Shown piece by piece: positions 26,299-40,372 of a stretch of DNA of 64,000 nucleotides. The number at the start of each line of letters is the position of its first letter. Position 1 is the stretch's first letter. The notes beneath the pieces were generated by a model, which was not told the origin of the DNA, searched no databases, and worked only from the letters and a program-made list of their open reading frames with translations. The position numbers and the translations under genes were made by a program. The DNA is taken from NCBI RefSeq assembly GCF_009914755.1, contig NC_060945.1. One strand, 5' to 3'. The DNA comes from the human T2T-CHM13v2.0 reference genome, Homo sapiens.

Positions 26299-26793
26299 TC
26301 AGCATGTCCACAGGTGGAGGTGGGTGGGGAGGGTGTTCTGGGGGAGCTGGGCAGGTGGGGGCAGCTCTAGGATGGCGGTGCCCGAGCTCAGCCCGGCCTC
26401 TGCTTCCTAGGTGCCACCCTAAGGACCAAATCCCCAGAAGCCAGGTGAGGACATCGGAGAACCGGGCTGCTCCGTAGCAGACCCATAGACCCTGATGCAT
26501 GGCTGGGCACCCTGGCCTGTCCCAGAGCCTGCAGAAGGGCGGAAGCCTAGACAAACTCATCCGCTTCTGCTGTCCCAAGATGACTTTCAGCCCAGGTCAG
26601 CCCAGGTAAGTCCGTGTCCACCAGCTGCCCGGTCTGCTCTGGAGGCAGAGGCTTGCAGTTCCGGGAGACAGACCCGCCACCTGGCAGAGGTTGTGGGAGG
26701 CTTGTCACCGTTGGTTGGCCCCCTGGCACCTGCCTCTCCTCCCAGGGAGCAGGGATGAGTCAGCTCCCTGGCCCTTGGACTTAGGAAGCCTCA

Positions 26794-27188
<395 letters not shown>

Positions 27189-27197
27189 GGTAGAGGA

Positions 27198-27725
27198 AGG
27201 GAGAATTATCTCTCTGCCTGACTGCTTGAGAGGTGGCACCTTCTCCTGTCCTCCAGCTGGGACTTGAACCCACAGCCCCACTCATGTGCAGGCCTTCAAC
27301 TCAAACTGGAACCACAACACCGGCTCTCCTAGGTCTCTGGCTTGCAGATGGCAGATCGTGAGGCTTTTCAGCTTCCAAAATCATGTGAGCCAACTCCTCA
27401 GAATAAACTTCTCTCTTTCTCTCATGTAACCACACACATATAAACATGCATGTGCGTGTTTTCCTGCCCTCTCATCTCTGCTCCGTTGACTTATTTCGCT
27501 ATTCCTGCTTCATTTACTCTAGTTTTCTTAGGCATGTCCATTAACGCAGCTTGTCCTTCTTCGCTTTTTAAAATAGACTTTACTTTTTAGGGAAGGTTTA
27601 GGTTCACAGTAAAATCAAGCAGGCAGTACAGAGTTCCCATGCACCCTCTGCTCCACCACAAACATGCAGCCTCCCTCACCATCAACACCCACACCAGAGT
27701 GGCCCAGGAAAACGTGTACACATGT

Positions 27726-27763
<38 letters not shown>

Positions 27764-27925
27764 CATGTCCACAGGTGGAGGTGTGTGGGGAGGATGTTCC
27801 GGGCCCAGTGACAGCACGAACACATGAACCCATCCATCCATCCATCCATCCATCCATCCATTCATCCATCCATCCATCCATCCACCAATCCTCTTGGCTC
27901 TGCTTCTCTGGAGAGCACTGTGCAC
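27198..27925 (+). mobile_element. MLT2 (ERVL) LTR 3' half, interrupted at ~27459-27825
   Basis: cttgcagatggcagatcgtg...aatcatgtgagccaa...aataaact; terminal atcctcttggctctgcttctctggagag resumes at ~27888. Confidence 0.75.
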
Positions 27926-27929
27926 ACAG

Positions 27930-29395
27930 ATGCACACAGATATCTTCACTTGGTCTTCAACCCCGGAGCACAGGCAGTGCAATGGACTAAAGATAGCCTT
28001 TTCAACAAATGGTGCTGGAACAACTGGACATCCACATGCAGAAAAAACAAATGAATCTAGACACAAACCATAAAACCTTCATAAAAATTAACTCACAATT
28101 TATCACAGACCTAAATGTCAAATGCAAAACTATAAAACTCCTAGAAGGTATCGCAAGAGAAAATCTAGATGACTTAGGATTTGGTGATGTTTTTAAAGTA
28201 CAACATCAAAGGCTGATCCATGAAAAAATATCAGTGATAAGCTGGACCTCATTAAAATTAAAACCCTCTGCCCTGCAAAAGACAAAGTCAAAAGAATGGG
28301 AAGATGAGCCACAAACTGAAAGAAAGTGTTTGCAAAATACACATCTGATAAAGGACTGTTATCCAAAATATATAAAGAACTCTTAAAACTCAACAGTAAG
28401 AAAACAAACAACCCGATTAAAAAATGGGCAAAAGACCTGAACAGACACTTCATTGGAGAAGATGCACAGATGGCAAAGAAGCACATGTAAAGATTGTAAG
28501 AAATGCACCTAAAACAACAATGAGATGCCACCACACACCTGTTAGGAAGTCAGATTCCAGAACACTGACCACTGAATGCTGGTGAGGGTGTGGAGCAAAG
28601 TTTGGCATTCACTCATCACTGGTGGGAATGCAGAACAGCACAGCTACTTTGGAAGCCAGTTTGCAGTTTCTTACAAAACTAAATGTGTTCTTACTATACA
28701 TTCTAGCAATTACATTTATTGGCATTTACCCAAAGGAAGTGAACATTTATTTCCATACAATCACCTCCATGCAGATGTTTATAGAAGCTTTATTCATAAT
28801 TGCCAGAACTTGGAAGCAACCAAGATGTCCTTCAGTAGGTGAAAGGGGTAGGTGGACCGTGGCACACCCAGACAGTGGAATATGATGCAGTGCTAGAAAG
28901 AAATGTGCTGTCAAGCAGCCAGGAGAAAACATGCAGGAGCCTTGACTATGTATTACTACGTGAAAGAAGCCATGCAGAGAAGTCTACAGACGGTGTGATT
29001 CTAACCATGTGACACTCTGGAAAAGGCAATATCGTGGTCGCCAGCGCTCAGGAGGGAGGGACAGACAGGCAGAGCCCAGGGGATCTTCAGGGCGCAGAAC
29101 CGCTCTGTGTGGGACTGCAGTGGTGGATCCATGCCATTGCACATCTGTCCAAACCCACGGCATGAAGAGCACCAAGAGCGAGCCCTCGTGTGGACCAGGG
29201 TCTTTGGGTGCTGACAATGTGGCCACGCAGGCTCATGGCTTGTAATAAATGGGCCGCTCCGGTGTGGGTGTTGATGGTGAGGGAGGCTGCATGTTTGTGG
29301 TGGGGCAGAGGGTGCATGGGAACTCTGTACCGCCTGCTCGATTTTACTGTGAACCTAAACCTTCCCTAAAAAATAAAGTCTATTTAAAAAAAAAC
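27930..29395 (+). mobile_element. L1MC1-like 3' portion with poly(A)
   Basis: ttttcaacaaatggtgctggaacaactggacatccacatgc...ctgtgaacctaaa...aaaaaataaagtctatttaaaaaaaa. Confidence 0.85.
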
Positions 29396-29763
29396 TAAGA
29401 AGGACAAGCTGCGTTAATAGACATGCATAAGAAAGCGAGAGTAAATGAAGCAGGAATAGAGAAATAAACCAGCGGAGTGGAGTTGAGAGGGCAGGAAAAG
29501 TTCCACGCAACTGTGGGAGTCCCATTCGTGATAAGGGCGGTTTCTCAAATGAGGGGTATGCGATGGACTCCCCAGTACATGTGAAGTCAGACCCTCGCAA
29601 GACTGAACCAAGAAGAAGTTGAATCCTGAATAGACCAATAACAAGTTCTGAAATTGAGGTAGTAATAAATAGCCATTCCTCCCATTCCTCACTTCATTCC
29701 CAAAAACATGTTTCACAGACAGTAAAAGCCTAAACAGGAAGGGAAACTATAAGATATCAGAGG

Positions 29764-32510
29764 ATGGGAGTTCACTCATGATTTGGGTTTCTGCTTATCT
29801 GTTGTTGGTGTATAGGAATGCTTGTGATTTCTGCACGTTGATTTTGTGTCCTGAGACTTTGCTAAAGTTGTTTATCAGCTTAAGAAGCTTTTGGGCTGAG
29901 ACGATAGGGTTTTCTACATACAGGATCATGTCATCTGCAAACAAAGACAATTTGACTTCCTCTCTTCCTATTTGAAACCCTTTATTTCTTTTTCTCGCCT
30001 GATTGCCCTGGAGTCAGAACTTCCAACACTATGTTGGGAAAGAGTGGTGAGAGAGGGCATCCCTGTCTTGTGCTGGTTTTCAATGGGAATGCTTCCAGCT
30101 TTTGCCCATTCAGTATGATATTGCCCATGGGTTTGTCATAAATGGCTCTTACTATTTCAAGGTATGTTCCTTTAATACCTAGTTTATTGAGAGTTTTTAA
30201 CACGAAGGGTGTTGAATTTTATGAAAGGCCCTTTCTGCATCTATTGAGATAATCATGTGGTTTTTGTCATTGGTTCTGTTTATGTGATGGATTACGTTTA
30301 TTGACTTGTGTATGTTGAACCAGCCTTGCATCCCAGGGATGAAGCTGACTTGATCGTGGTGGATAAGCTTTTTGATGTGCTGCTGGATTTGGTTCGCCTG
30401 TGTTTTATAGAGGATTTTCACATTGGTGTTCATCAGGGATATTGGCCTGAAGTTTTCTTTTTTGTTGTTGTGTCTCTGCCAGGTTTTGCTATCAGGATGA
30501 TGCTGGTCTCATAAAATGAGTTAGGGAGGAGTCTCTCCTTTTCAATTATTTGGAATAGTTTCAGAAGAAACGGTACCAGCTCGTCTTCATACTTCTGATA
30601 GAATTCAGCTGTAAATCCATCTGGACCTGGGCTTTTTTAGGTTGGCAGGCCATTTATTACTGCCTCAATTTTAGAACTTGTTATTGGTCTATTCAGGGAT
30701 TCAACTTCTTGGTTCAGTCTTGGGAGGATGTATGTGCCCAGGAATTTATCCATTTCTTCTAGATTTTCCAGTTTATTTGCATAGAGTTCAAAATAACTAT
30801 GAATACAGCTAACAAGGGAAGTGAAGGACCTGTTCAAGGAGAACTACAAACTGCTGCTCAAGGAAACCAGAGAGGACACAAGCAGATGGAAAAACATTCC
30901 ACGCTCATGGATAGAAAGAATCAATGTTATGAAAATGGCCATACTGCTCAAAGCAATTTATAGATTCAATGCTATTCCCATTAAACTACCATTGACATTC
31001 TTCACAGAATTAGAAAAAACTATTTAAAAATCCATACGGAACCAAAAAAGAGCTCTCATAGCTAAGACAATCTTAAGCAAAAATAACAAAGCTGGAGGCA
31101 TCATGCTACCTGACTTCAAAATATACTACAAGGCCACAGTAACCAAAACAGCATGGTACTGGTACAAAAACAGACACATAGACCAATGGAACAGAATAGA
31201 GAACTCAGAAATAACACCATATGTCTACAACCATCTGGTCTTCGACAAGCCAAACAAAAACACGCAATGGGGAAAGGATTTCCTAGTTAATAAATGGTGC
31301 TGGGAGAACTGGCTAGCCATATGCAGAAAATTGAAACTGGACACCTTCCTTACACCTTATGCAAAAATTAACTCAAAGTGGATTAAAGCCTTAAATGTAA
31401 AACCCAAAACTATAAAAACCCTAGAAGAAAATCTAGGCAATGCCATTCAGGACATGGGCACAGGCAAAGATTTTATGATGAAAATGCCAAAAGCAATGGC
31501 AACAAAAGCAAAAACTGACAAATGGGATCTAAATAAACTAAAGAGCTTCTGCACAGCAAACGAAACTATCATTAGAGTGAACAGACAACCTACAGAATGG
31601 GAGAACATTTTTTGCAATCTGTTTGTCTGACAAAGGTTTAACACTTAGAATCTACAAGGAACTTAAGCAAATTTACAAGAGAAAAACAAACAACCCCATT
31701 AAAAAGTGCACAAAGGATATGAACAGACACTTCTCAAAAAAAGACATACATGCAGCCAACAAATGCATGAAAAAAGGCTTAACATCGCTGGTCATTAGAG
31801 AAATGCAAATCAAAACCACAATGAGTTCTCATGCCAGTCAGAATGGTAATTATGAAAAAGTCAGGAAACAGCACATGCTGGCAAGGCTGTGGAGAAATAG
31901 GAACACTTTTACACTGCCGGTGGGAATGTAAATTAGTTCAACCATTGTGGAAGACAGTGTGGTGATTCCTCCAAGATTGAGAACCAGAAATACCATTTGA
32001 GAAGCTATCCCATAACTGGGTATATACCCAAAGGAATATAAATTATTATAAAGATACATGCACACGTATGTTCACTGCAGCACTATTCACAATAGCAAAG
32101 ACATGGAATCAACCCAAATGCCCATCAGTGATAGACTGGATAAAGAAAATGTGGTACATATAGACCATGGAATACTATGCAGCTATAAAAAGGAACGAGA
32201 TCACGTCCTTTGCAGGGACATGGATGAAGCTGAAAGCCATTATCCTCTGCAAACTAACAAAGGAACAGAAAACCAAACACCGCATGTTCACTTATAAGTG
32301 GGAGCTGAACAATGAAAACATACGGACACAGGGTGGAGAACAACACACACCAGGTCCTGTTGGGGGAGGGTGGGGGTGGAGAGCATTAGGGAAAAGAGCT
32401 AATGTGTGCTGGGCTTCATACCTAGGTGATGGGTTGATAGGTGCGGCAAACCACCATGGGACATGTTTACCCATGTAACACACCTGCACATATACACCGG
32501 AACTTAAAAA
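29764..32510 (+). mobile_element. 5'-truncated, 5'-inverted L1PA (older primate subfamily): 29764-30787 antisense, ~30790-32510 sense
   Basis: Broken ORF2 peptides on both strands ([20 protein letters not shown] on +; [17 protein letters not shown] on -); TSD aagatatcagagga 29751-29764 / aagatattagagga 32509-32522. Confidence 0.93.
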
Positions 32511-32886
32511 GATATTAGAGGAGAACACGGACCTTAGAATAGCAACTCTCCCAAACAAAGACGCAGCCCCACGTGGAGCAGAGGAGGAGAAGATAAAGTG
32601 GACTGCAGCAGAAGCTAACACAACTTTATCACCAAAGACCCCAGAAACCAAGTCAGAAGGCCAGTGGTGGACATGGGAATGATAGATGCTAAAGAATGCT
32701 CAGCTTATAGTAGCCAGAGAAAATCCTGGCAAAGGTGGAAAGTGTGAAGGCACCAGGCATCAGTGGCACGCGAGTGTGATCTCCGGAGGCGGGGGAGGTG
32801 GGGGAGGCCGGGGCGTGAGGGGCTGTGGTTATCAAAGGGAACCGGCTCTCTTAGGGGGGCTCTTTTACTTTCTCTGTTACTCAGAG

Positions 32887-33075
32887 CAGGGACCAGCCAG
32901 CTCTGTCGAGGCCTGGAAAGTAATGGATTTAAGCTTTGCGGCCACATGGTCCGTGCACCCACTCTGCTCTGTCCATGTTTTTCTTTGTATTTTTCTCCAA
33001 GCATTTAAACACGTGCAAACCATCCTTAGCCCAAATGCAGCCAAAAGCTCCTGTGGGTGGAGTTTACTGTCTTAC
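32887..33075. mobile_element. MER58-family relic
   Basis: atttaagctttgcggccacatggtc...aaaccatccttagc. Confidence 0.5.
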
Positions 33076-33317
33076 GCCCGGGAGCGGCTCAAAGTGTGCC
33101 CCAACCAGCAGCCTGGGCACCCTTGGTGCTGTAGGAATGCAGGTGCCCTGGCCCACCCGGACCCTGGTGTGGGGGGGGGGCCCACCCAGGCCTCTAAGAA
33201 GCCGTCTAAGGGTGCCGCCCAGGTCTTTGAGAAGGGCAGCCTTGGCCAAATGGTCATACCTGTACACGGGCCGGGCCGCACGACTTCTTTAGAGCTGGGG
33301 CCAATGGAAGCCCCCTG

Positions 33318-33460
33318 AGTGCTCCTCAACAGGGGCCTGGAACCCCGGCTCTTGTTAAAATGCAGATTCTGACTCAGCAGGTCTGGGCTGGAGCCTGGGA
33401 CTCTGCATTTCTACCCAGCGCCCAGGGGTGCCCAGGCTGCTTCTGGGACCTCACTTCCTG
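33318..33460. mobile_element. MER5A (hAT-Charlie)
   Basis: cttgttaaaatgcagattctgactcagcaggtctggg...ctgcatttct. Confidence 0.75.
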
Positions 33461-36400
33461 GCCGTGGTACCTTCACAGCACCAGCCACTAGCGTGGAACT
33501 TGCACTGCAGCTTCCGACAGCTGCAGAAATGGGCATGTAGGTGGGGTGGGGGCTGGGACCTGAGCTTGTTGTCTGTCCCTCCCTTTCTCACTGGGGCATT
33601 GAGGACACACATGAAAGAGGCGAGGGGGCGAGAAACAATGCTGGCATCTCCATCCTGGGAAGAGGCTGGGAAGAGTGACTCAGTCACAAAAAATAAACAA
33701 CACCAGCTTTTGTCTTAGAAATTCACCCTGTTTGACTTCATGGATTCCCATCGGTCTGCAAGGACCCGGGTTAGCCTGGGATCCTCTTCTGTGGCTTTGG
33801 TGAGCAGATCCCCACTCCGCCTCCTCTTAGGACGCCTAGTCCTGCCGTGATTGGCCTTGGGGGCCCGGGGGTGACCTCAAGTGTCCCCAGCCAGGCCGCC
33901 CACCCCAATCTCAAGAAGAAACAGGGTGGGAGGAAGCAGGGCAATCTCAGCACCCATGGCAGAGGAGGCCACGGTGGAGGAGGCCACGCCTGGCTCAGCC
34001 TGGAGTTGGGGACGTGAGGAGGGGCTGAGACGGTCACCCCAAGACCCCCACTTCAGGCCAGCTCAGAGGGTCCAGGGTGGGGGTACTTGGGAGAAGGCTT
34101 GTGAGGGGGTCCCTGTGGCCTTCAGGGAATCCCACCCCATTTGGATGTTACCTCCAGGCTGGTCCTAGGGGCTGGGCACCCACAGGCCAGAGGCCAAGGA
34201 ACCAGGAAGTGCCCCCCGACATGCGCTTGGGGAGCCCCAAGCTCCTCCACTCATGAAAAATCGAACCCCCCCACCACCTCCAGGTCAGTCACCGTCTCCA
34301 GGACGTGGGTGGCTGCCCCCACTCCTCTGGCCCCCACTTCTCTGGCTGAGAAACTCCACGTGCACCACCCCAGGGGCTTCAGGCTCCTCCAGAGGGGCTC
34401 CATTCCCCTTCCTGCCCCGTCCCCTGATGTTCCTTCCCCACCAAGCCCTGGGCCATCTTCCCACAGCCTGGGACTAGCCTTCTGGTCACCTGCAGTGGCT
34501 GCCAGGTGGGCTGGGGTGGGGGCTGTCCCTGGGTGCCCAGGCCTCTCGGGGACCCCTGCATGCACTGGGCATGACATGGAGGGTGCCTTTCCCCACCCAG
34601 GGCCCAATGAACCTGGAGGTCACAGCCCCGACCCCGGCCCAGCTCCAGGGTGAGGCCGGGCCCCTCTGGAGCCCCACTCTGGCCTCCTCTCCTGCCCCCA
34701 CCCCCATCCTGCCCCTTCCTGCCCTGGCCCTGTGTCTATCTGCTCTGCAGGCCGTGCTCTGGGAGCCTTGAGGCCCTGCGTCCACCCCCTGGCAGTTCTT
34801 CTAGGCTGGGCTCCAGGATTGGGGCCTGTTACCTGGAGGTGGACTGGCCTCCCTGCTGTCAGGCAGGGCCATTGGGATGGGCGTGGTCACAACTGCTGCA
34901 GACCTGGGTCTGGGAGGACAAGCGCCTTCCTTCCCAGCGGCGAGGTTTTCCATGACTCACTTCAGAGCCAGGCCAAGGTCAAAGGGCACCGGACGCCGGT
35001 CCCTCCTCAGGCAGAGGGAGACAGGAAGGGACACCCAGGCCCCAAGGGGGAAGGGCTGCTGCAGTCGGGACAGGGAGCATGTGTGAGCGTGAGTGAGGGC
35101 GTGAGGCCTGTGTGCAGGCAGCAGGTCAGGTGGACAGGCCGGAGGAATGGCCCTGACTCCACAGGGACCCCACCAGACAGCTGATTGGCAATGCCGAGAG
35201 ATGCTGTGCTGCTGGTCCTTCCTGCAGGGTCGTGGAGGAGCTCGGCCACTTGTGAAGCTGGACGGGAGAGGACAGTGGTGGCAGCCAGACCGGACTCACA
35301 TGTATTCCATCAACACAGTTGAAATGTTTTATGACCGCATGGCAGTATGTTCGGGTGAGGGTCCTGTATGTTTTACACGACACATGTTTAAACGGCATTC
35401 TGTGAGCCCAGAGGCTTTGCCTGCCGGCCAGCAAGGTGCAGTAGAAAAGGTTGAGGGTCCTAGTCTGGTCCCGTGTGGGCACTGCCTGACCAGGTGGGGT
35501 CAGCACCAGGATGAGAGCCCCAGCCTGCACCTGCCAGCCGCGGTGCCACGTCCTTCCTCCACTTCCCTTCCCGCAGCCCTGGGAAACCCCAGCCCAGTGG
35601 GCTGGCAGGAAGGAGGCCGGTGTGCATGTGCCTGACTGGCCCCTGGTTGGCGCCAGGCACTCTCTGCAGGACCCTGGCGCCAGCCCGTCGGAAGACAAAG
35701 CCTGGAGGCTATTCTTGGAGCATGTGTCACAACCCCAGGAGCGCCTTATAAGGCTCTGTCCAGGCTCAAGATGCTCTCTGAGCGCCAGGGTCTGCCCTGA
35801 CAATGGCCTGCAGCTGGACGTGGGGCCACACGGCCACCTGGCTGCTCCTGGCCCGTTTCGCCCTGGGGTCCAGACTCCCTCCTGTTTCCTGTGAGTCTCC
35901 CCTAAGATTTGAAGGAATTTGACCAACACCTTGGCCTGGGGGGACCTGGGAGAGAAGAGGGGGATGGAGCTCAGAGCTGGCCCTCGGCAGCCTTACATGG
36001 TGATCGTCTGGTCCCGCTAAGCCGCGCCTTGGAGGCTCTGCTGTGGGAGCCTAGCAAGTGTTTATTTTTAGAAGCTCTTACTCCAACACCAGGGCTGGGC
36101 CCAAATAACACATGTATTTTAGTGGTTCAAAAATACAAGTTTATGGTAAGTCATTCGATGTGGAGAAAGTGCCAAACCAGTGAGTGCAGTGAGAGGTTTC
36201 CTGGGGCCACGGGCCTCCTCCTGCAGGTGGCCCAGGTGCACTTGACTAGCTGGAGCGTGTGGCTATAATCCCAGGAAATGTATCCCTCCTCTCGGAGGGA
36301 CTCGGGCTCAGGAGCACACACTGAAGATGGGAGGCCAGGACCCAGAGTGTGACCGTCCTGGCCCTAGGAGGGCAGGGCAGCCTTTGGTTTGCTATCAGAG

Positions 36401-37044
36401 CCTCGAGGCCTGGCACTGAGCCCGGCGTCCCCTGGAGCTCCCTGCTGCATTGGATCAGCAGCTGGCAGACAGGTGGGCCAGCGGGCCGAGTTTTCCCCAG
36501 GACTGGGTGAAGGAGGCATTGCTAGGAAGTCCCCAGATGCAGCAGGCACCCAGAACAGCCGGCCCTCCCTGTCCTGGGAGAGGCATCTACCCCACTGGAG
36601 GCTGAGCCCTCGCCCCACCACCGTGGCCCCTGCTCCACATCACCATCACCAGTGGCTTGTTAGAGATGCGGATGGACCCTCAGTCCCCATCACACGGGTG
36701 GTGGATCTCATAAAACCTCCCAGACCAGGCTCTGCAGCTGCGGGGCTCAGCTGGTGGCTCTCGCTCAGGGACTCCTGAAGGGCACCCAAGTGGCTCAGCG
36801 CAGGGAGGGCAGGAAGGGCAGGCGGCTGGGGTGGGGCTCAGCTTGGGCTGTTGGCTGAGGCCACCCCACGTGGCCACACTGGGGCTTTGCAGAGCCGGCA
36901 GCAGCTGGGATCCGAGGGGGAGCATCCCCAGAGACCCAGGCGGGTGCTGCCAGGCCCCTTAAGATGTAACCCTGGGAACCCCAGAAAGTCTGTCTCACTT
37001 CTGCTGGTTGAGCAAGTCAGATTTGAGGAGACGGGACTCAGACG

Positions 37045-37345
37045 CCGTGTGTGGGTGGGGAGTCATGGCCCCCTGGTGTGTGGATGGGGAGTCATGGCCC
37101 CCTCGTGTGTGGGTGGGGGCTCAGGGTCCCCTCGTGTGTGGGTGGGGGTCAGGGTCCCCTCGTGTGCATCCTGGGGTCAGGGTCCCCTCGTGTGTGGGTG
37201 GGGGTCAGGGTCCCCTCGTGTGCATCCTGGGGTCAGGGTCCCCTCATGTGTGGGTGGGGATCAAGGTCCCCTCATGTGTACGTGGGGGGTCAGGGTCCCC
37301 TCATGTGCATCCTGGGGTCAGGGTCCTCTCGTGTGCATCCTGGGG
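37045..37345. repeat. 28-bp minisatellite, ~11 copies, two alternating unit types
   Basis: ggggtcagggtcccctcgtgtg followed by tgggt or catcct. Confidence 0.92.
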
Positions 37346-37516
37346 TTGCACCTCCAGAACCCACATCTGCACTTAGTCAGATTCTGGCTTCTCTGTGGCT
37401 CATTGAAGGGGGAGAAGTCGGGGGGCTGGTTTCGGGGGAAGCTCACGCCCCTGCTGAGCCTCAGGCGGTGGCCAAGGTCCTGCCCACAGGCCAGCCGGGG
37501 AGCGGGCAGGCGGACC

Positions 37517-37605
37517 AGGGGTCAGCAAACTGCTCTGTAATGAGCCAGAGAATGAATATTTTAGGCTTTTTTTGGCCAGTCACAACTCAACTCTGCCACT
37601 GTGGA
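37517..37605. mobile_element. MER58A 5' fragment
   Basis: caggggtcagcaaact...aatattttaggctt...actcaactctgcc. Confidence 0.7.
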
Positions 37606-37841
37606 TTCTAACCTCATGGCATCTGTGTCACACAAGGCGATGTCTGCCGATTCCTGAGGTTAGGACGGAGACACCCTAGGGGGCCTGGTTCAGCCACCAC
37701 AGCCACCTCCAAATAACGCTCTGGGGTAGCGGGGGCTGGACGACGGAGCCTCCCATCCCCCTCCCGCCCCATAACGACATCACTGTCCCATTACTTATCC
37801 CCACGCCATGACCACCCAGCACAATTAGGAATCGGAAAACG

Positions 37842-38142
<301 letters not shown>

Positions 38143-40372
38143 AGGGTAAGAAAGCAGAAGGCTCTCTCTGTCCTTCCTTTCCCCTTCTCTGACACTCCTC
38201 CTTGCTGTGGACCTGAGTTTCTGACCTGTCCCATGCCGGCAGCCCCAACAAGGCGGCCAGACCTCAGCCCCAGCCTGGCTCTGAGAGCCACACTTCCTAG
38301 CGGGCAAGGAGGGCTGTTGGCCGAGGCAGGCTGGCTCCTGGGACAGAGGGTCTCCTGGGACGGCCCCTTCCTGCACCTGCCTACCCCATCCTGCACGCTC
38401 TTCCCTCTACGGCTTCTGAAGAGCTAGATCTGGGGTATGTCTGGTGTAAACAGGATAGAGTTGGGTTTTGCTGGGTGAGCCCATACAGCCACTTTTATCT
38501 TCACGGGTGAGTGGAAGCTGACGGGGCCACACCAGCTCAGCCGCGCTGTTCTGTTTACTGTGGTCTCTCCCTGAATGGCCGCTTTGGCTTTTTGAATTCA
38601 TTTATGCAGATTTGTACGTTTCCTCACGGCTCATTTGTGCTCATATGTATGATATTTGTGCGTACACAACACCCACCTCCTCTTCCTCACGTGGGTTCTC
38701 CTGTCCCAGCCCCGCCCTCCTCTTCCTCGCGTGGGTTCTGCCCTCCCGGTCCCGCCCCTCCTCCCCCTGCTCCGTGTTTAGTCCTCAGGTCAAGGTCACG
38801 GACCAGACCCTGTCCCCTGAACCCACCCTCCCCTCAGGCAGGGACTGGACTCTTCGGATCTCTGTGTGGTGCTCTCTGCTCATGGCAGTCCCTCTGATGC
38901 CACCTCTGGGCTGGCCGAGCCTCACAGCATCTGGCGGTGCCCCAGGATGGAGTCGGGGGCAGGGCCCGAGTTCCCCCTTGCTGAGCTGTTTCCCAATCCC
39001 TGAGGCGTTCAGGACAGCGTGGGGGGAAAGCCACGCCCACCGTCTCGCCTCCACCCAGGTCCTGTCCTGCACGGGGCTCTCGGGAGGCCTCAGCATTCTC
39101 CTTGAAGATGCCCAAACTTTACCAACCCCTGTGCCCAGCCCTGGCCCACACCCACGGAAGCAGGGAACTGACCCCATCCCAGCCAGAGCGGGTACTCCAG
39201 GCGGGCCCAGAACCTGGAGCTGGTGCCACCAAACTCGCATGAAGAGTCTGGCTGTCTGTCAGGAGGAGGCGTCTGGGCGCCCCCTGATGCCAGGACGGCT
39301 CTGCCCATTGTCTGCGTCCCTGACTCGAGAGCTTGAGCCCGGGGTGGGCCTCCAGAGGCTGGTGCTCTGTGCCAGCCATACGGGCACCCATGTAGCTGCC
39401 CCTCTGTCTTCTTGCCAAGCTCGGGACCCTCCCCACCTGGGACAAAGTCACCTCCAACCTCTGCGCTTCACTCATCAAAATCACCTCTGCTTAATAAACC
39501 TTGAAGGTCTCAGGTGCTGCCGGCATGGGAGGCTCCTGCCTGCAGGCCTGGGGCCAGGCCCTGGAAAGCGCTTAGGGAGGGCTGGGCTGGCAGCTGCACA
39601 AGGGCAGCCTCGTGAGATGCTGGTCAAGCAGAAAATCCCCAGGGATGTGAGCTGGTTTTTTGTGGGAACTCTGAAAGTGAAAACATCAACTCCCCGAACT
39701 GGGAGGCCACCAGCCCCAGAGGGCCCTCCCCAAGCCCCCGCGGGGTCCCAGCCAGGGCCATGGATGTGGGCAGGCCTACAGCTCACTGGCCAGCTCCCCT
39801 CTGCTTCCTCCCGGGCCACAGCATTCCTGGGGCCACCAGGGTCTCATTGTCCCTCACCTGGCCAGGGTCTCCGTGCCCCTCACCTCCTCTTTGCTGGAAC
39901 ATTCCACACATTCCTTCCCCCGACAGGGCAGGGTTCCTGGGCTGAGGCTGGGGCAGGTGTGCTGGGCCTGGAGCTCTCCCTAAGGTCTCCAGCTGATGTG
40001 GGCTCCTGGGATCTGCACCGTCTCCCCTGGGCCACCCTCGCTGGGCTCATCCTAAAGAAGCCTCCTCCGCCTGCCCCTCCTCCCTCCCAACCCTCAGCCT
40101 CCCCACCCCCCGGCACCCACCATGAGCTGAGCCTGCTGTGAGGAGGGGGGCAGCCCCAGGACCCCACACAGGTGGGGCTCAGCAGCTTCCAGTGAGAAAC
40201 CCATGCAAACTGCCTGGGGAGTTCCGGCAGCGATGGGAGAAGGCACTGTCCTACCCAGGGGGCTGAGAAGGCTGAGCCTTGAATGAATGGCAGTGAGCAG
40301 ACATCAGTGGAGGTGGACAGGACACTGAGGACAGAGTCACCCTCCCAGGGAGTCAGAAATGAGGGGTGCAGG

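Noticed and set aside
29778-32478. ORFs resembling reverse transcriptase / L1 ORF2p
   Set aside because: Fragments of a truncated, frameshifted, dead L1
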